This document shows, one piece after another, positions 20,232 to 31,557 of a stretch of DNA of 64,000 nt. Source of the stretch: Selenomonadales bacterium (lineage in GTDB: Bacteria > Bacillota > UBA994); NCBI GenBank assembly GCA_018335585.1, contig JAGXRZ010000053.1:25189-89188 (forward strand), given 5' to 3'. Both the position numbers and the translations under genes were made by a program. The notes beneath the pieces were generated by a model, which saw nothing but the letters and a program-made list of their open reading frames with translations, had not been told where the DNA came from and searched no databases. Each line of letters starts with the position of its first letter. Positions within the stretch are counted from its first letter, which is position 1.

Positions 20232-21972
20232 TACCACACGGCAGGAAGGCGTTATTGTCAAAGTCTCCGGGCCCTTGGTCATTGCCGCGGGTATGTCACA
20301 TGCGCGCATGTATGACATGGTTATGGTCGGAGAGAAGGGCCTCATCGGTGAGATAATCGAAATGCGCGGCGACAGCGCCTCTATACAAGTCTACGAGGAA
20401 ACAGCCGGCGTAGGCCCGGGCGAGCCTGTAGTCTCGACCGGCTCGCCGCTTTCGGTCGAACTAGGCCCGGGGCTGATGACCTCGATTTACGACGGCATTC
20501 AGCGCCCGCTCAATAAGATTGAAGAGCGCGCCGGCGCGTTTATTACCCGCGGCATTCAGGTGCCGAGCCTAGACCGCGAGAGAAAGTGGGACTTTTCCCC
20601 GGCAGTCGCGGTAGGTGCACAGGTACAGCCGGGCACGGTGCTAGGCACAGTGCGCGAAACCGTACTGGTAACACATAAGGTAATGGTTCCACCGGGACTC
20701 TCCGGCCGCGTGGAATGGATACACAGCGGGCAGGCGACCATTACCGATGACGTGGTTCGCCTAGGAACAGAAAGCGGCCCCGTGTCGCTGACCATGATGC
20801 AGAAGTGGCCGGTACGCAAAGGCAGGCCCTACAGCGCAAAGCGCACGCCCGCAACTCCGCTCACTACCGGTCAGCGCGTTATCGACATGTTCTTTCCCGT
20901 CGCTAAGGGCGGCGTAGCCTGTGTGCCGGGGCCTTTCGGCTCGGGCAAGACCGTTGTGCAGCATCAGCTTGCCAAGTGGGCCGACGCCGATATCGTCGTC
21001 TACGTTGGGTGCGGCGAGCGCGGCAACGAGATGACGGATGTATTGATGGAGTTCCCCGAGCTGCACGACCCCAAGACCGGCGAGCCGCTCATGGAACGCA
21101 CGGTGCTTATCGCCAATACGTCCAATATGCCGGTAGCCGCGCGCGAGGCGTCGATATATACCGGTATAACCATTGCCGAGTACTACCGCGACATGGGTTA
21201 TTCCGTCGCGCTGATGGCCGATTCCACCTCCAGGTGGGCCGAGGCGCTGCGCGAAATGTCCGGCCGTCTTGAGGAAATGCCGGGCGAAGAAGGGTATCCC
21301 GCTTATCTTGGCTCGCGCGTAGCCGAGTTCTACGAGCGTGCCGGCACGGTCGCCAACTTAAACGGTTCGGAAGGCTCGCTTACCGCGATTGGCGCGGTCT
21401 CGCCCCCGGGCGGCGACTTGTCGGAGCCGGTGACGCAGTCGACGCTGCGCATTGTAAAAGTCTTCTGGGGTCTTGACGCGAGGCTGGCAGAGTCCCGCCA
21501 CTTCCCCGCCATTAACTGGCTTTTAAGCTACTCGCTTTACGCCGAACGGCTAGACGAGTTTTTTGCGGCTAATGCCGGCCCGGAGTGGCCGACTTACCGC
21601 CGGGACGCCATGCGCCTGCTGCAAAAGGAATCGGAACTCGAAGAAATCGTGCGCTTAGTCGGTATCGACGCCTTGTCGCCTACGGACAGGTTGGCGTTAG
21701 AGACGGCCAAGTCCATCCGCGAAGACTTCCTGCACCAAAACGCCTTCCACGAAGTAGACACTTACACTTCCTTGCCCAAGCAGTATCGCATTATGCGCTT
21801 AATTCTCACCTTCTACAAGGAAGCACAGGCAGCCATGCAGCGGGGGATGCCGCTAGAGCGCCTGCTAGAGCTCCCGGTCAGGGTAGAGATTGCGCGCTCT
21901 AAGTACCTGCCGGAAACCGAGATTGACCGTTTTGACACCATCGAAGCCCGTATCCGCGAGCAACTAAAGTAA
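20224..21972 (+). CDS. ntpA: V/A-type ATPase catalytic subunit A
   Basis: [26 protein letters not shown]. Confidence 0.97.
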   Translation: MANTTRQEGVIVKVSGPLVIAAGMSHARMYDMVMVGEKGLIGEIIEMRGDSASIQVYEETAGVGPGEPVVSTGSPLSVELGPGLMTSIYDGIQRPLNKIEERAGAFITRGIQVPSLDRERKWDFSPAVAVGAQVQPGTVLGTVRETVLVTHKVMVPPGLSGRVEWIHSGQATITDDVVRLGTESGPVSLTMMQKWPVRKGRPYSAKRTPATPLTTGQRVIDMFFPVAKGGVACVPGPFGSGKTVVQHQLAKWADADIVVYVGCGERGNEMTDVLMEFPELHDPKTGEPLMERTVLIANTSNMPVAAREASIYTGITIAEYYRDMGYSVALMADSTSRWAEALREMSGRLEEMPGEEGYPAYLGSRVAEFYERAGTVANLNGSEGSLTAIGAVSPPGGDLSEPVTQSTLRIVKVFWGLDARLAESRHFPAINWLLSYSLYAERLDEFFAANAGPEWPTYRRDAMRLLQKESELEEIVRLVGIDALSPTDRLALETAKSIREDFLHQNAFHEVDTYTSLPKQYRIMRLILTFYKEAQAAMQRGMPLERLLELPVRVEIARSKYLPETEIDRFDTIEARIREQLK

Positions 21973-21986
21973 GGAGGGGAGCAAAA

Positions 21987-23366
21987 ATGCAGAAAGAGTA
22001 CCGCACGATAACTGAGATATCAGGGCCCCTCATGCTTGTCGACAAGGTTGAGGGCGTAAAGTACGAGGAACTAGTCGAGATTGAGCTCCCAAGCGGCGAA
22101 ATTCGCCGCGGCCGCGTGCTCGAGGCTATGCGCGGCAAGGCGCTTGTGCAGATTTTCGAAGGCACCTCAGGCATTAACATGGAGAAGAGCAAAGCGCGCT
22201 TCTTGGGCAAGGTTATCGAGCTGCCTGTATCGACCGATATGCTCGGCCGCGTCTTCGACGGTTTCGGCAACCCCCGCGACAACGGACCGGCCATTATCCC
22301 GGACAAACGCTTAGACATTAACGGCAACCCCATTAATCCGTATGCGCGCGCCTACCCTTCGGAGTTTATCCAGACGGGCATCTCGACGATTGACGGCATG
22401 AACACGCTAGTGCGCGGACAGAAGCTGCCCATCTTCTCGGGCTCGGGCCTCCCGCACGCTAAGCTAGCAGCGCAGATTGCCCGCCAGGCCAAAGTGCTCG
22501 GCAGCGACAGTGAGTTTGCCGTAGTCTTTGCCGCCATGGGTATTACCTTCGAGGAAGCCGACTACTTCACCAGCGACTTCCGCAAGACGGGCGCTATCGA
22601 CCGCGCCGTGCTATTTATTAACCTAGCTAACGACCCGGTTATCGAGCGCATTGCCACGCCGCGTATCGCCCTAACCTGCGCCGAGTACCTCGCCTACGAG
22701 AAGGGCATGCACGTTCTCGTAATTATGACCGACATGACCTACTACGCCGAGGCGTTGCGCGAAATCTCTGCCGCCCGCAAAGAAGTTCCGGGACGCCGCG
22801 GGTACCCCGGGTACCTGTACACCGACCTCTCCACGCTGTACGAGAGAGCGGGACGCATTCAGGGTCGGCCGGGCTCCATTACCCAGATTCCGATTCTCAC
22901 CATGCCGGAAGACGACAAAACGCATCCCATCCCCGACCTTACCGGCTACATTACCGAGGGACAGATTATTCTGGGGCGCGAACTGCATCGCAAGGGCATT
23001 TACCCGCCGGTTGACGTGTTGCCGTCTCTCTCTCGGCTTAAAGACAAGGGTATCGGCACGGGCAAGACGCGCGAGGACCACAGCGGTGTGCTGAATCAGC
23101 TGTTTGCAGCTTACAGCCGCGGTAAAGAAGCAAAAGAACTCGCCATTATTCTCGGTGAAGCCGCGCTCTCAGATGTAGACAAGCGCTTCTCTAAGTTTGC
23201 CGATGAGTTCGAGCAGCGCTTTGTCAACCAAGGTGAGTACGCCGACCGCGACATCGCCGCTACTTTGAATCTTGCCTGGGAACTAATGGCGCTGCTTCCG
23301 GTGACGGAACTTAAGCGTGTACGCGAGGAGCACATCAAGAAGTACCTGCCGGCCGAAGCGAGGTAA
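21987..23366 (+). CDS. ntpB: V/A-type ATPase subunit B
   Basis: [38 protein letters not shown]. Confidence 0.97.
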   Translation: MQKEYRTITEISGPLMLVDKVEGVKYEELVEIELPSGEIRRGRVLEAMRGKALVQIFEGTSGINMEKSKARFLGKVIELPVSTDMLGRVFDGFGNPRDNGPAIIPDKRLDINGNPINPYARAYPSEFIQTGISTIDGMNTLVRGQKLPIFSGSGLPHAKLAAQIARQAKVLGSDSEFAVVFAAMGITFEEADYFTSDFRKTGAIDRAVLFINLANDPVIERIATPRIALTCAEYLAYEKGMHVLVIMTDMTYYAEALREISAARKEVPGRRGYPGYLYTDLSTLYERAGRIQGRPGSITQIPILTMPEDDKTHPIPDLTGYITEGQIILGRELHRKGIYPPVDVLPSLSRLKDKGIGTGKTREDHSGVLNQLFAAYSRGKEAKELAIILGEAALSDVDKRFSKFADEFEQRFVNQGEYADRDIAATLNLAWELMALLPVTELKRVREEHIKKYLPAEAR

Positions 23367-23371
23367 CAGCG

Positions 23372-23992
23372 GTGAACATTAGAGTCAACCCGACTCGCAT
23401 GGAGCTCCTGCGCCTAAAAAAGCGCGTGCGGGTGGCCAAGCGAGGACACAAACTGCTAAAGGACAAGCGCGATGAACTCATGAAGAGCTTTATGTCGCTC
23501 CTGCGTGATGTCAAGCGCTTGCGCCTAACTGTCGAGCAGAAACTGCGGCTTGGCTATCAAAGCTTCCTGATAGCCCGGGCCGTAATGACGCCGGAGATAC
23601 TCGACGAGGCCATCATGTTCCCCAAGCAGCACGTCGAGCTCTCGGTGACCGAGAAGCGAATGATGTCCGTTACCGCCCCGGTGTTTGGCTTGCGCCAGGA
23701 GGGCGATGTCTACGCCTACGGCATGGCCGGGACTTCGGGCGAGTTAGATATGGCGCTCGGCGTTTTTGCCGAACTTCTGCCGACGCTGATTGAGCTCGCG
23801 GGTATTGAACGTGCGCTTGAGCTCTTGGCAGAGGAAATCGAGCGCACGCGGCGCCGGGTCAACGCCTTGGAGTACGTGCTTATCCCGACGCTAGAGGAAA
23901 CAGTGAAAAGCATCTCTATGAAGCTATCCGAGCAAGAACGCGGCGCCATCTCGCGCCTGATGAAGATTAAGGACGTAGTGCGAGCCAAGTAG
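23372..23992 (+). CDS. ntpD: V/A-type ATPase subunit D
   Basis: PTRMEL, LLKDKRD, TRRRVNALE. Confidence 0.95.
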   Translation: MNIRVNPTRMELLRLKKRVRVAKRGHKLLKDKRDELMKSFMSLLRDVKRLRLTVEQKLRLGYQSFLIARAVMTPEILDEAIMFPKQHVELSVTEKRMMSVTAPVFGLRQEGDVYAYGMAGTSGELDMALGVFAELLPTLIELAGIERALELLAEEIERTRRRVNALEYVLIPTLEETVKSISMKLSEQERGAISRLMKIKDVVRAK

Positions 23993-24030
23993 CAGCGTAC
24001 GCGGACGCCGTAGCCTAACTGCAGAAAAAC

Positions 24031-24064
24031 GGCCTGCCGCTGTTTGCATGGTGGCAGGCCTTTC
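24031..24064 (+). terminator. Probable terminator of the ATPase operon
   Basis: GGCCTGCCGC...GTGGCAGGCC hairpin followed by TTT. Confidence 0.55.
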
Positions 24065-24129
24065 GCGTGTGGTATATTGTTCCTTCCCCCCGTCAATAAT
24101 TATCAGCACAGGGGAGGGAATATAAAAAC

Positions 24130-24849
24130 ATGGCGAAAGTAATAGTTGGGCTTCTGGTGATACTGTTAGGTCTGTTAGGGAGCGCGTTGGCGACACAGGT
24201 GTCGGTTCCTAATCTGACGAACTTAGAGCGGGCTTTTGCTGCTACTGGCGCAGCGCGACTTGAGGTCAGCATGAACGGCTGGGCTCTGCTTGCGGCAGGG
24301 GAGAGAACGCCGTCGGAACTTAAGCAGCTACTGCAGACGGCAAGCCAAGCGGCCTTTGCCGGCGTTCCAGCCGAACTGCATTACTCCGAAGAACCGGACA
24401 TGCGCATGGCCTCGCTTGCTTTTACGGCGGGACATCTGCACATAGAGGCCAATATACAGGCTTTGCCCGACGCAACTTATCTGGTGGCGACGGTGCGCTC
24501 CGGCGAGGCTGACGTGGGAGAGCTAGGCCAAGTACTGGCAAGCTTCTTCGCGGCGGCGGACGCTGCGCCTACGGTTACCGCGTGCGTGGTGGGAGTAGTG
24601 CAGGGTCGCCTTTCCCCGCAGACGGCTGAAAGGCTCGTGGGGGCAGTATTGCGGGTTTTGGCTGCGAACATGTTAGACTTCTACAGCGACGGGAGCGTCG
24701 TGAACCTTACAGCTTATAGTCGCATGCTACCCGCCGGGTTAGCCTTTGGAGGGCGAAAAACTAATTTGTCGTTAAGCATGCGCTACAATGAACAAGATGG
24801 CAACACGTGGGTGTGGTTGTCCTGGCCTACTTGTGCGGCCATCATTTGA
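24130..24849 (+). CDS. ywmB: YwmB-family exported protein
   Basis: Signal peptide, C-terminal NLxLSMRYN...TWVWL; conserved position between the ATPase operon and murA. Confidence 0.7.
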   Translation: MAKVIVGLLVILLGLLGSALATQVSVPNLTNLERAFAATGAARLEVSMNGWALLAAGERTPSELKQLLQTASQAAFAGVPAELHYSEEPDMRMASLAFTAGHLHIEANIQALPDATYLVATVRSGEADVGELGQVLASFFAAADAAPTVTACVVGVVQGRLSPQTAERLVGAVLRVLAANMLDFYSDGSVVNLTAYSRMLPAGLAFGGRKTNLSLSMRYNEQDGNTWVWLSWPTCAAII

Positions 24850-24909
24850 AGGAGCTTGTGTTCCGGGCATAATAAACTTGTGCCGTACACGGCAGGAAGG
24901 AGGGATATT

Positions 24910-26160
24910 ATGCCAAGTATATTCGTGCGCGGTGGCAACGAACTGCGCGGCCGTGTAGAAATAAGCGGAGCAAAAAACGCCGTACTCCCCATATTGGCGG
25001 CAGCGCTGATGGCACCGAGCGGCGTCACACAACTTGAGTCTGTACCCCGTCTCATGGATGTACTGACCATGGTCGAAGTGCTCGAGCATCTAGGCGTAGA
25101 AGCAGAGTGGCGCGAAGGTGTACTAGAGCTAAATGCCGAGCGGCTCACGGCGAGCGAAGCACCATTTCACTTGGTCAGCAAGATGCGCGCCTCTGTCCTA
25201 ATTATGGGGCCACTCCTTGGGCGCCTAGGGAAAGTTCGGGTGTCACTCCCCGGCGGCTGCGCCATCGGGGCACGTCCGCTCGATTTGCACCTTAAGGGCT
25301 TCAGTCTGCTCGGAGCAGACATTGTCCTAGGGCATGGGTTTATCGAAGCCACAGCCAGACAACTTACCGGCAATACTATTTACCTAGACTTTCCGAGCGT
25401 TGGTGCTACGGAAAACATTATGATGGCCGCCTGCTTCGCGCAAGGAGTAACGACGATTCAGAATGCCGCCGAGGAACCCGAAATAGTCGACCTCGCCTGC
25501 TTTATTAACAGCATGAGCGGCAGGGTCGAGGGAGCCGGGACAGACACTATCGTAGTACACGGACGACGCTCGCTCCATGCGCAGTCTTACCGGGTTATCC
25601 CCGACCGCATCGAAGCAGGAACTTACATGGTGGCGGCAGCAATCACGGGTGGCGAACTTATCCTTGAGAATGTTATCCCAGAGCACGTCATAAGCCTCAC
25701 TGCCAAGCTACGCGAAGCCGGTGTTACCGTCCACAGCTTGCTTGACGGCATGCATGTCAAAGGCAACGGCACTATCGAGCCGGTAGACATTAAGACGCTG
25801 CCGTATCCGGGGTTTCCTACCGACATGCAGCCGCAGATGATGGCCCTTCTAACTCTTGCGCGCGGCACCAGTATGGTCACGGAGACGGTCTTTGAGAACC
25901 GATTTATGCATGTGCCTGAGCTGCGCCGTATGGGAGCCGGTATACGCACCGATGGCCGAAGCGCCGTAGTGAGCGGGGTGCGCGCCTTAAGCGGCGCACC
26001 TGTCACCGCTTCGGACTTGCGCGCCGGAGCCGCCTTAATCCTGGCGGGCCTAGTGGCAGAGGGTGTCACGGAAGTGTGTGGCGTCAGCCACATTGAGCGC
26101 GGCTATGTCGGCATCGTCGAGAAATTAAAGTCTCTCGGCGCGGACATTTGGCTGGAATAG
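24910..26160 (+). CDS. murA: UDP-N-acetylglucosamine 1-carboxyvinyltransferase
   Basis: [35 protein letters not shown]; likely start ATG 24910. Confidence 0.96.
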   Translation: MPSIFVRGGNELRGRVEISGAKNAVLPILAAALMAPSGVTQLESVPRLMDVLTMVEVLEHLGVEAEWREGVLELNAERLTASEAPFHLVSKMRASVLIMGPLLGRLGKVRVSLPGGCAIGARPLDLHLKGFSLLGADIVLGHGFIEATARQLTGNTIYLDFPSVGATENIMMAACFAQGVTTIQNAAEEPEIVDLACFINSMSGRVEGAGTDTIVVHGRRSLHAQSYRVIPDRIEAGTYMVAAAITGGELILENVIPEHVISLTAKLREAGVTVHSLLDGMHVKGNGTIEPVDIKTLPYPGFPTDMQPQMMALLTLARGTSMVTETVFENRFMHVPELRRMGAGIRTDGRSAVVSGVRALSGAPVTASDLRAGAALILAGLVAEGVTEVCGVSHIERGYVGIVEKLKSLGADIWLE

Positions 26161-26245
26161 CTCACAATAGTTTTTCGATTAGGGGGGTGGCTTCTGCCGC
26201 CTCTTTGTCTTCTGTGCTCAACCTCAGGCCACTTAGTTTCACGCG

Positions 26246-26271
26246 ATACTATCATAGGCACGTGATAGTAT
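26246..26271. promoter_or_regulatory. Inverted repeat operator candidate next to a TTGACA
   Basis: ATACTATCA-N8-TGATAGTAT abutting TTGACA at 26271. Confidence 0.45.
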
Positions 26272-26324
26272 TGACAACATGCCTATAATATACCAATATG
26301 GGGGTAGAGATGGAGGGAAAGTGA

Positions 26325-26966
26325 ATGATTCATAAGCACCGAGGGGATTTGGGCCAAGTGCCTCTTCTCTTAACGGCGTTTTCCATCATTATGGGCGCGA
26401 TTTATGGATTTAACGTCCCGCGTTTCGGAGATCCTATTTGGGCTACCGTGCCTTGGGGCATCGCTCTGGTGAGTCTGGGCATCATGGTTTTTGCGCTTAG
26501 AACGACTTCGCGTAACGCCTTAAGCCTCGGTCTCCAGTACGTAAGCTTAGGCCTGATAGCAGTGATGCTGATGCCTCCCATAGTGCGATGGTTTGACGGG
26601 CAAGGCTTAGGTGTGCAGGGAGCTACTCCTGTGGCCCATTGGGCGTGGGTAATTCCCCACCTAGTACTGGCACTGCCTTGGGGCATCGCTCTGGTGAGTC
26701 TGGGCGTCATGGTTTTGACGCTTAGAGTGACGTCGCGTAACGCCTTAAGTTTCGGTCTCCAGTACGTAAGCTTAGGTCTGATAGCAGTGATGCAGATCCC
26801 TCCCACAGTGCTATGGTTTGCGTTTGACGGGCAAGGCGTAGGGGAACACGGAGCTACTCCTGTGGGACATTGGGCGTGGGCAGTTCCCCACATAGTCCTA
26901 GCCCTACTAGCCCTGTATACGGGCTACCTCGTGCGCTCGAGGCCTAACGACATTCCGCGAGTCTAA
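26325..26966 (+). CDS. Hypothetical membrane protein with internal tandem duplication
   Basis: GGAGG RBS; two ~75-aa repeats PWGIALVSLG...HWAWxxPH. Confidence 0.7.
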   Translation: MIHKHRGDLGQVPLLLTAFSIIMGAIYGFNVPRFGDPIWATVPWGIALVSLGIMVFALRTTSRNALSLGLQYVSLGLIAVMLMPPIVRWFDGQGLGVQGATPVAHWAWVIPHLVLALPWGIALVSLGVMVLTLRVTSRNALSFGLQYVSLGLIAVMQIPPTVLWFAFDGQGVGEHGATPVGHWAWAVPHIVLALLALYTGYLVRSRPNDIPRV

Positions 26967-27013
26967 GTAGGGTTCACTTCGGCATATAGATGTTATGCCG
27001 GAGGTGAAACCGC

Positions 27014-28000
27014 GTGAAAACCCTGTGGCTGATTGCCGCATGTATCATCCTGGCGCTCATCGCAGTGCCCGCGCTCATAGTTTCAGTCTGGGGGTGGCTC
27101 GCGCCACCCCCTCCGCCTGTTGAAAGTCCATATCTAGTCAACGTGCTGCTGACAAGCACAGGGCAGGTAGTAACTATGACTCTGGAGGACTACGTGCAGG
27201 GTGTGGTGGCGGCGGAAATGCCGGCTCTGTTTGCCGAGGCTGCGCTAGAGGCTCAAGCTGTTGCCGCGCGCACCTATGCCGTACGCAGGATGCGGCAGTT
27301 TGGGGGCAACGGGTGCAACCGCCACCCGCAAGCCGACGTGTGCGACGACCCGGCGCACTGCCAAGCTTACTTGCCGCTAGCGGCGCAGAAGCAAAAGTGG
27401 GGCCTGCTAGACTTTGCGGCCAACTACTACAAGATTCGCCGGGCTGTGGAAAGTACGGCGGGTCTGGTCATTACTTATCGTGGGCGCGTTATCGACCCCA
27501 TTTTCCATTCCACCTGCGGCGGACGCACCGAATACGCACACTTAGTTTGGACGAATGAGTATCCTTACTTGGCGAGCGTCGCCTGCAACTTCTGTCAGCA
27601 CTCGCGGCGACTTACGGCAGAGCGACAGCTGACAGTCGCAGAGGTGGCGGAGCTTTTGGCAGCGTGGGACCCTGCCGTGGCTGTAACAGCGCGAGCTCTT
27701 AGGTCACGCACCCCGCCGTTGGCTGTCGTAGAGCGCAGCCAAAGCGGCAGGGTGCTAAGGGTAAGGGTGGGAAACCGCACCATGCCGGGGACAGAGTTCC
27801 GCGCTATATTTGGCCTCGACTCCACGAACTTTGCCTTGGCCATGCAGGGCGAAAGGGTGACGATAACTACCCGCGGCTTTGGTCACGGCGTAGGTATGTG
27901 TCAGTGGGGGGCGGATGGCTTGGCGCGCGAGGGCCGCAACTTTAGAGAAATACTTGCGCATTACTACGGTGGGGTGCAAGTAATCGAGCTGCCACGGTAA
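27014..28000 (+). CDS. spoIID: Stage II sporulation protein D
   Basis: YVxGVVAAEM, EAQAVAARTY, FHSTCGG, GFGHGVGMCQWGA; SigE-like CATATAGAT -10 at 26983. Confidence 0.93.
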   Translation: MKTLWLIAACIILALIAVPALIVSVWGWLAPPPPPVESPYLVNVLLTSTGQVVTMTLEDYVQGVVAAEMPALFAEAALEAQAVAARTYAVRRMRQFGGNGCNRHPQADVCDDPAHCQAYLPLAAQKQKWGLLDFAANYYKIRRAVESTAGLVITYRGRVIDPIFHSTCGGRTEYAHLVWTNEYPYLASVACNFCQHSRRLTAERQLTVAEVAELLAAWDPAVAVTARALRSRTPPLAVVERSQSGRVLRVRVGNRTMPGTEFRAIFGLDSTNFALAMQGERVTITTRGFGHGVGMCQWGADGLAREGRNFREILAHYYGGVQVIELPR

Positions 28001-28005
28001 GCGAC

Positions 28006-28034
28006 GTATAGACTGGTGGTTATTGGCTAACACT
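28006..28034 (+). promoter_or_regulatory. SigF-like promoter
   Basis: GTATA-N15-GCTAACACT upstream of the spoIIQ-like gene. Confidence 0.5.
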
Positions 28035-28058
28035 TATATTCAGGAGGTGTTAGCTCTT

Positions 28059-28859
28059 ATGAAGTTCATTCTCGCCCGTCTCGCGCGCCTGCGCCTATAC
28101 ACAGTGCTGTTAGTGCATCGCCTGGCCAAGCGGGTACGGGGCGCATCCCCGTCGCGCCTTGTGCGCAGCCGTCGCGCTCTTATCGCCGCCTACATGTTAG
28201 CGATAATCGCCTTAGCGGGGGCCTGGTGGTGGGATAACCCCGAGCGATTCCTCGGGCAACGCCCGCCTTTCACCCCACCCGACCGTCCGGCACCCCCCGT
28301 AGTCAACCCGCCGCTTGGCGACCCTGCTATTCAGCCTGCAGCGGACCCGGCAGGCGAGCAGCCTAAGGGGGCAGAACAAAAGCCGCCTGAACAGCCAGCT
28401 CCGGTAGCTCAGCCGACCACGCCGGCGGTGCCCGCTATAGCCGCGCCCGTGACCGTGAATATAGACACCCTGCACCGACCGGTGGCCGGGGAGATAATCA
28501 AGCAATACGGCTTTCGCTGGTCGGCCACACACCAGGATTTTCGCTACCACCTCGGCATCGGCATTGCCGCCTCCCCGGGCAGCACAATAGTCGCCGCGTA
28601 TGCCGGGCGCATTAAGAGTATCGAGACCAATCATCCCGAGTGGGGGACACTGGTCGTCGTAGACCACGGCGGCGGGTGGCGCACAGAGTACGCAAGTCTT
28701 GCGGCCCCGGCTGTCCGCGTCGGACAAACAGTCACAGCCGGGCAGAAGCTCGGCCAACTCGGCCCCAACCCCCCCGCCCGTAGCGCCGACGCCACTCAAC
28801 TCTACTTCGCCCTCTTTAAAGACGACGAATCGCACGACCCCGCGCCGAAGATGCGTTAA
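28059..28859 (+). CDS. spoIIQ: M23/LytM peptidase-domain protein, SpoIIQ-like
   Basis: TM anchor, Pro-rich linker, degenerate M23 domain (HLGIGI, EYASL, LYFAL); follows spoIID; AGGAGG before ATG 28059. Confidence 0.65.
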   Translation: MKFILARLARLRLYTVLLVHRLAKRVRGASPSRLVRSRRALIAAYMLAIIALAGAWWWDNPERFLGQRPPFTPPDRPAPPVVNPPLGDPAIQPAADPAGEQPKGAEQKPPEQPAPVAQPTTPAVPAIAAPVTVNIDTLHRPVAGEIIKQYGFRWSATHQDFRYHLGIGIAASPGSTIVAAYAGRIKSIETNHPEWGTLVVVDHGGGWRTEYASLAAPAVRVGQTVTAGQKLGQLGPNPPARSADATQLYFALFKDDESHDPAPKMR

Positions 28860-29139
28860 GAGGGACGGGGAGTGTCGGAGAGGGACGGAGGAGTGCGACA
28901 TCAAAAATGAAATAAACGTGCGACAATTCCTGGGCCTTGTTCTATAGCCCACATGTTCTCCAGCCCACATGCAACCTCCTGGCCTCAAGGGAGGTTGTTC
29001 TCTTTCGCGCAACCAACCCAGCAGCAGGAAACGGGGAAGCTCAAATAGAACAGGTATCAGACGAGCATGCCTATGGCGTTAAGCTGCAAACCGAGCATAC
29101 TATTGCTGCTACAAAATATCGGATAGGGGTGAATCGGCA

Positions 29140-30366
29140 GTGACATCGAGGAACTTTGCTGAACAGAAGCGCGTTATTCGTGAGATTATCAAGGACTTGC
29201 ACCAAGGGCTTTCGCTCGCGGAGGCAAAGCAGAGGATGGAGGACGAGGTTGGCACAATTTCATCGCTAGAAATTGCCGAAGTGGAGCAGTCGCTAATCGA
29301 CGAAGGTATGTCGCCAGACGAGATTAAGCGCTTCTGCAATGTGCATGCCCTGCTGTTTGAGTCGGCTCTGCAAGTGGACTTAACGAACGAAGAAAACCCA
29401 GCGCACCCCGTCAGTCTGCTCAAGCGGGAGAACAGAGAGATTGAGAAACTTACCGCAGCCCTGAGGGAGCTTAGAAAGCAGGCCGAAGCCGGACAAGTCG
29501 CAGGCTTTGTGCGGGAGGCACGCGTTCTGCTCAAGCGAGCGCAAGACCTCGACCTTCATTACACAAAAAAAGAACAGCTCTTGTTCCCTTTCCTCGAGAA
29601 ATATGGCTTTATGGGGCCCTCCAAAGTTATGTGGGGGAAGCACAACGAGATTAGGGATCTGCAAAAGCAGGCCACGGCTGCTCTGGAAGATGTCGATACG
29701 ACTGCGGAGGTCGATGCATTTGTCGCCGAGCGCCTGAACCCGCTTATCGACGAAGTGGACGGCATGATCTTCAAAGAAGAGAACATTCTCTTCCCCGCTG
29801 CGCTAGAAAAGCTTAAGGCCGACGACTGGATTGAGATTCTTAAAGAGAGCGACCAAGTGGGTTACGCCTACATCCGGCCGCACGCAGAGACCACCGAACT
29901 GATCGCCGCGCTTAAAAAAGCCACGGCGGACAAACCGGCAATTGTCGATGGTCAGCTTAGGTTTCCTTCCGGGCTTATCTCGCCTACGGTATTGATGCAT
30001 ATGCTAAACGCCCTGCCAGTGGACCTAACGTTTGTGGATCACGAGGATACAGTACGCTACTTCACCGAGAACAAAGAGCGCATCTTCGTGCGCACCCGCG
30101 CAGTAATCGGGCGCAAGGTGCAGAACTGCCACCCGCCCCAAAGCGTAGACATGGTGGAGAAAATTCTCACTGCGTTTAAAGAGGGCAGCCGCGACAGTGC
30201 GGAATTCTGGCTGACGCTTAAGGGACGCATGCTCTACATCGTCTTCTTCGCTGTCCGCGACGAACGCGGCAAGTACCTAGGCACACTCGAAGTAACGCAA
30301 GACATCACTAAGCTTAGACAACTGACCGGCGAACGGAAGCTGCTTGACGAAGGAGGATATTCCTAA
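29140..30366 (+). CDS. DUF438 / hemerythrin-like / PAS domain protein
   Basis: EIAxVEQxL, FCNVHA, HYTKKEQLLFP, MIFKEENILFP, C-terminal PAS with CHPPQS. Confidence 0.85.
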   Translation: MTSRNFAEQKRVIREIIKDLHQGLSLAEAKQRMEDEVGTISSLEIAEVEQSLIDEGMSPDEIKRFCNVHALLFESALQVDLTNEENPAHPVSLLKRENREIEKLTAALRELRKQAEAGQVAGFVREARVLLKRAQDLDLHYTKKEQLLFPFLEKYGFMGPSKVMWGKHNEIRDLQKQATAALEDVDTTAEVDAFVAERLNPLIDEVDGMIFKEENILFPAALEKLKADDWIEILKESDQVGYAYIRPHAETTELIAALKKATADKPAIVDGQLRFPSGLISPTVLMHMLNALPVDLTFVDHEDTVRYFTENKERIFVRTRAVIGRKVQNCHPPQSVDMVEKILTAFKEGSRDSAEFWLTLKGRMLYIVFFAVRDERGKYLGTLEVTQDITKLRQLTGERKLLDEGGYS

Positions 30367-31445
30367 CGCCACGCCTTCTCTAGCTCCATCGTCAGCTCCG
30401 CCATTAACGCCGGGACGGTCGTAATTTCACGTATGCGATGCACTTCCGAACCGCAGAAGGCGAAGCCGTCGTGCATCTGCCCTTGCGCGGAGTTAATCAG
30501 GGCGGAGGCAATGCAATAGGGCACTTGGCTGGGGACGCATGGTTTTAGGCAGTTGGTCACGCAGGTGTCTGGCATGCGCTCGCCGCGCGCTACTTCAGCG
30601 AGGAAAGCGCTGCGTATCGCCCGCCCGGGCATACCGACGGGGCTGTCGATAATTACGACGTCTTCGGGCTTTGCTGCGACATAGGCGGCCTTAAACTCGT
30701 CGGGAGCATCGCATTCCTCGGTAGCCACAAAGCGGGTAGACATTTGTGCGCCGCTCGCCCCGAGCCGGAGTATGCGGGCGATGTCGAAGCCCGTGTAAAG
30801 ACCGCCGCCGGCAACTACCGGCACGGCTGCGGCTCGCTCCCCAAGCAACTGCCTAAGCGCTGCCAAAACCTCAGTGAGAATGGTCTCGAGGGAGAATTTG
30901 CCCGAAGTATCGGCTAGCTGTTCGCGCGAGAAGCCAAGGTGTCCTCCGGCTAGCGGCCCCTCCACCACAATCATGTCCGGCAGACGGGCGTGCTTGTTGA
31001 GCCACTGCTTTGTCACCAAGACTGCAGCCCGCGCTGAACTTACAATCGGGGCTATGCATGTACCGGAGCCGGCAACTAAAGCGGGCAGCGACAGCGGCAG
31101 GCCGGCGCCGCTAAAGATTATGTCGGCCTGTGCCGCTACAGCCGCCGCTACCATCTCTTCGTAATCGTTTACGGCTACCATAATGTTGACGCCTACGAGC
31201 CCGCCTAAGGCTATCTCCTTGGCGCGCTGGATATGCCACATTAGAGCTTCCCGGTTAGCCCTAAGCTTGTCTGTAGCGTAAGTGGGCCAACTAAACCCAA
31301 TCTCCACGCCGGAGATTACTCCCACACCCCCTGCCTTAGCTACTGCTCCTGCTAGCCGGGAGAGGGATATGCCGACACCCATGCCACCCTGAACGATAGG
31401 CACGCGCGCCACGTTGTTGCCGAACCTAAGCTCTGGTATTTTCAC
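30363..31445 (-). CDS. Nitronate monooxygenase/FabK-family flavoenzyme
   Basis: PIVQGGMGVGIS, EGPLAGGHLG, SPVGMPGRA, CxxxCxxxC..YC; likely start GTG 31445. Confidence 0.85.
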   Translation of the reverse strand: MKIPELRFGNNVARVPIVQGGMGVGISLSRLAGAVAKAGGVGVISGVEIGFSWPTYATDKLRANREALMWHIQRAKEIALGGLVGVNIMVAVNDYEEMVAAAVAAQADIIFSGAGLPLSLPALVAGSGTCIAPIVSSARAAVLVTKQWLNKHARLPDMIVVEGPLAGGHLGFSREQLADTSGKFSLETILTEVLAALRQLLGERAAAVPVVAGGGLYTGFDIARILRLGASGAQMSTRFVATEECDAPDEFKAAYVAAKPEDVVIIDSPVGMPGRAIRSAFLAEVARGERMPDTCVTNCLKPCVPSQVPYCIASALINSAQGQMHDGFAFCGSEVHRIREITTVPALMAELTMELEKAWR

Positions 31446-31466
31446 TGCGGCACCTCTTTTACTAAA

Positions 31467-31501
31467 GGGGAAGCAGGAGGGACTGTCCCTGCTGCTTCCC
31501 C
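31467..31501. repeat. Palindromic hairpin related to the GAAGC...GGGAC repeat family
   Basis: GGGGAAGCAG-GAGGGAC-T-GTCCCT-G-CTGCTTCCCC. Confidence 0.55.
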
Positions 31502-31557
31502 GTTGTGGCTTTCTAGCCATAAAGTTAGACAGCTCTACGGCGCGGAAGTGTCGTTAC

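Noticed and set aside
28212..29012. 266-aa antisense ORF and the many other antisense ORFs over core genes
   Set aside because: Shadow frames typical of GC-rich coding sequence, with no motifs or RBS
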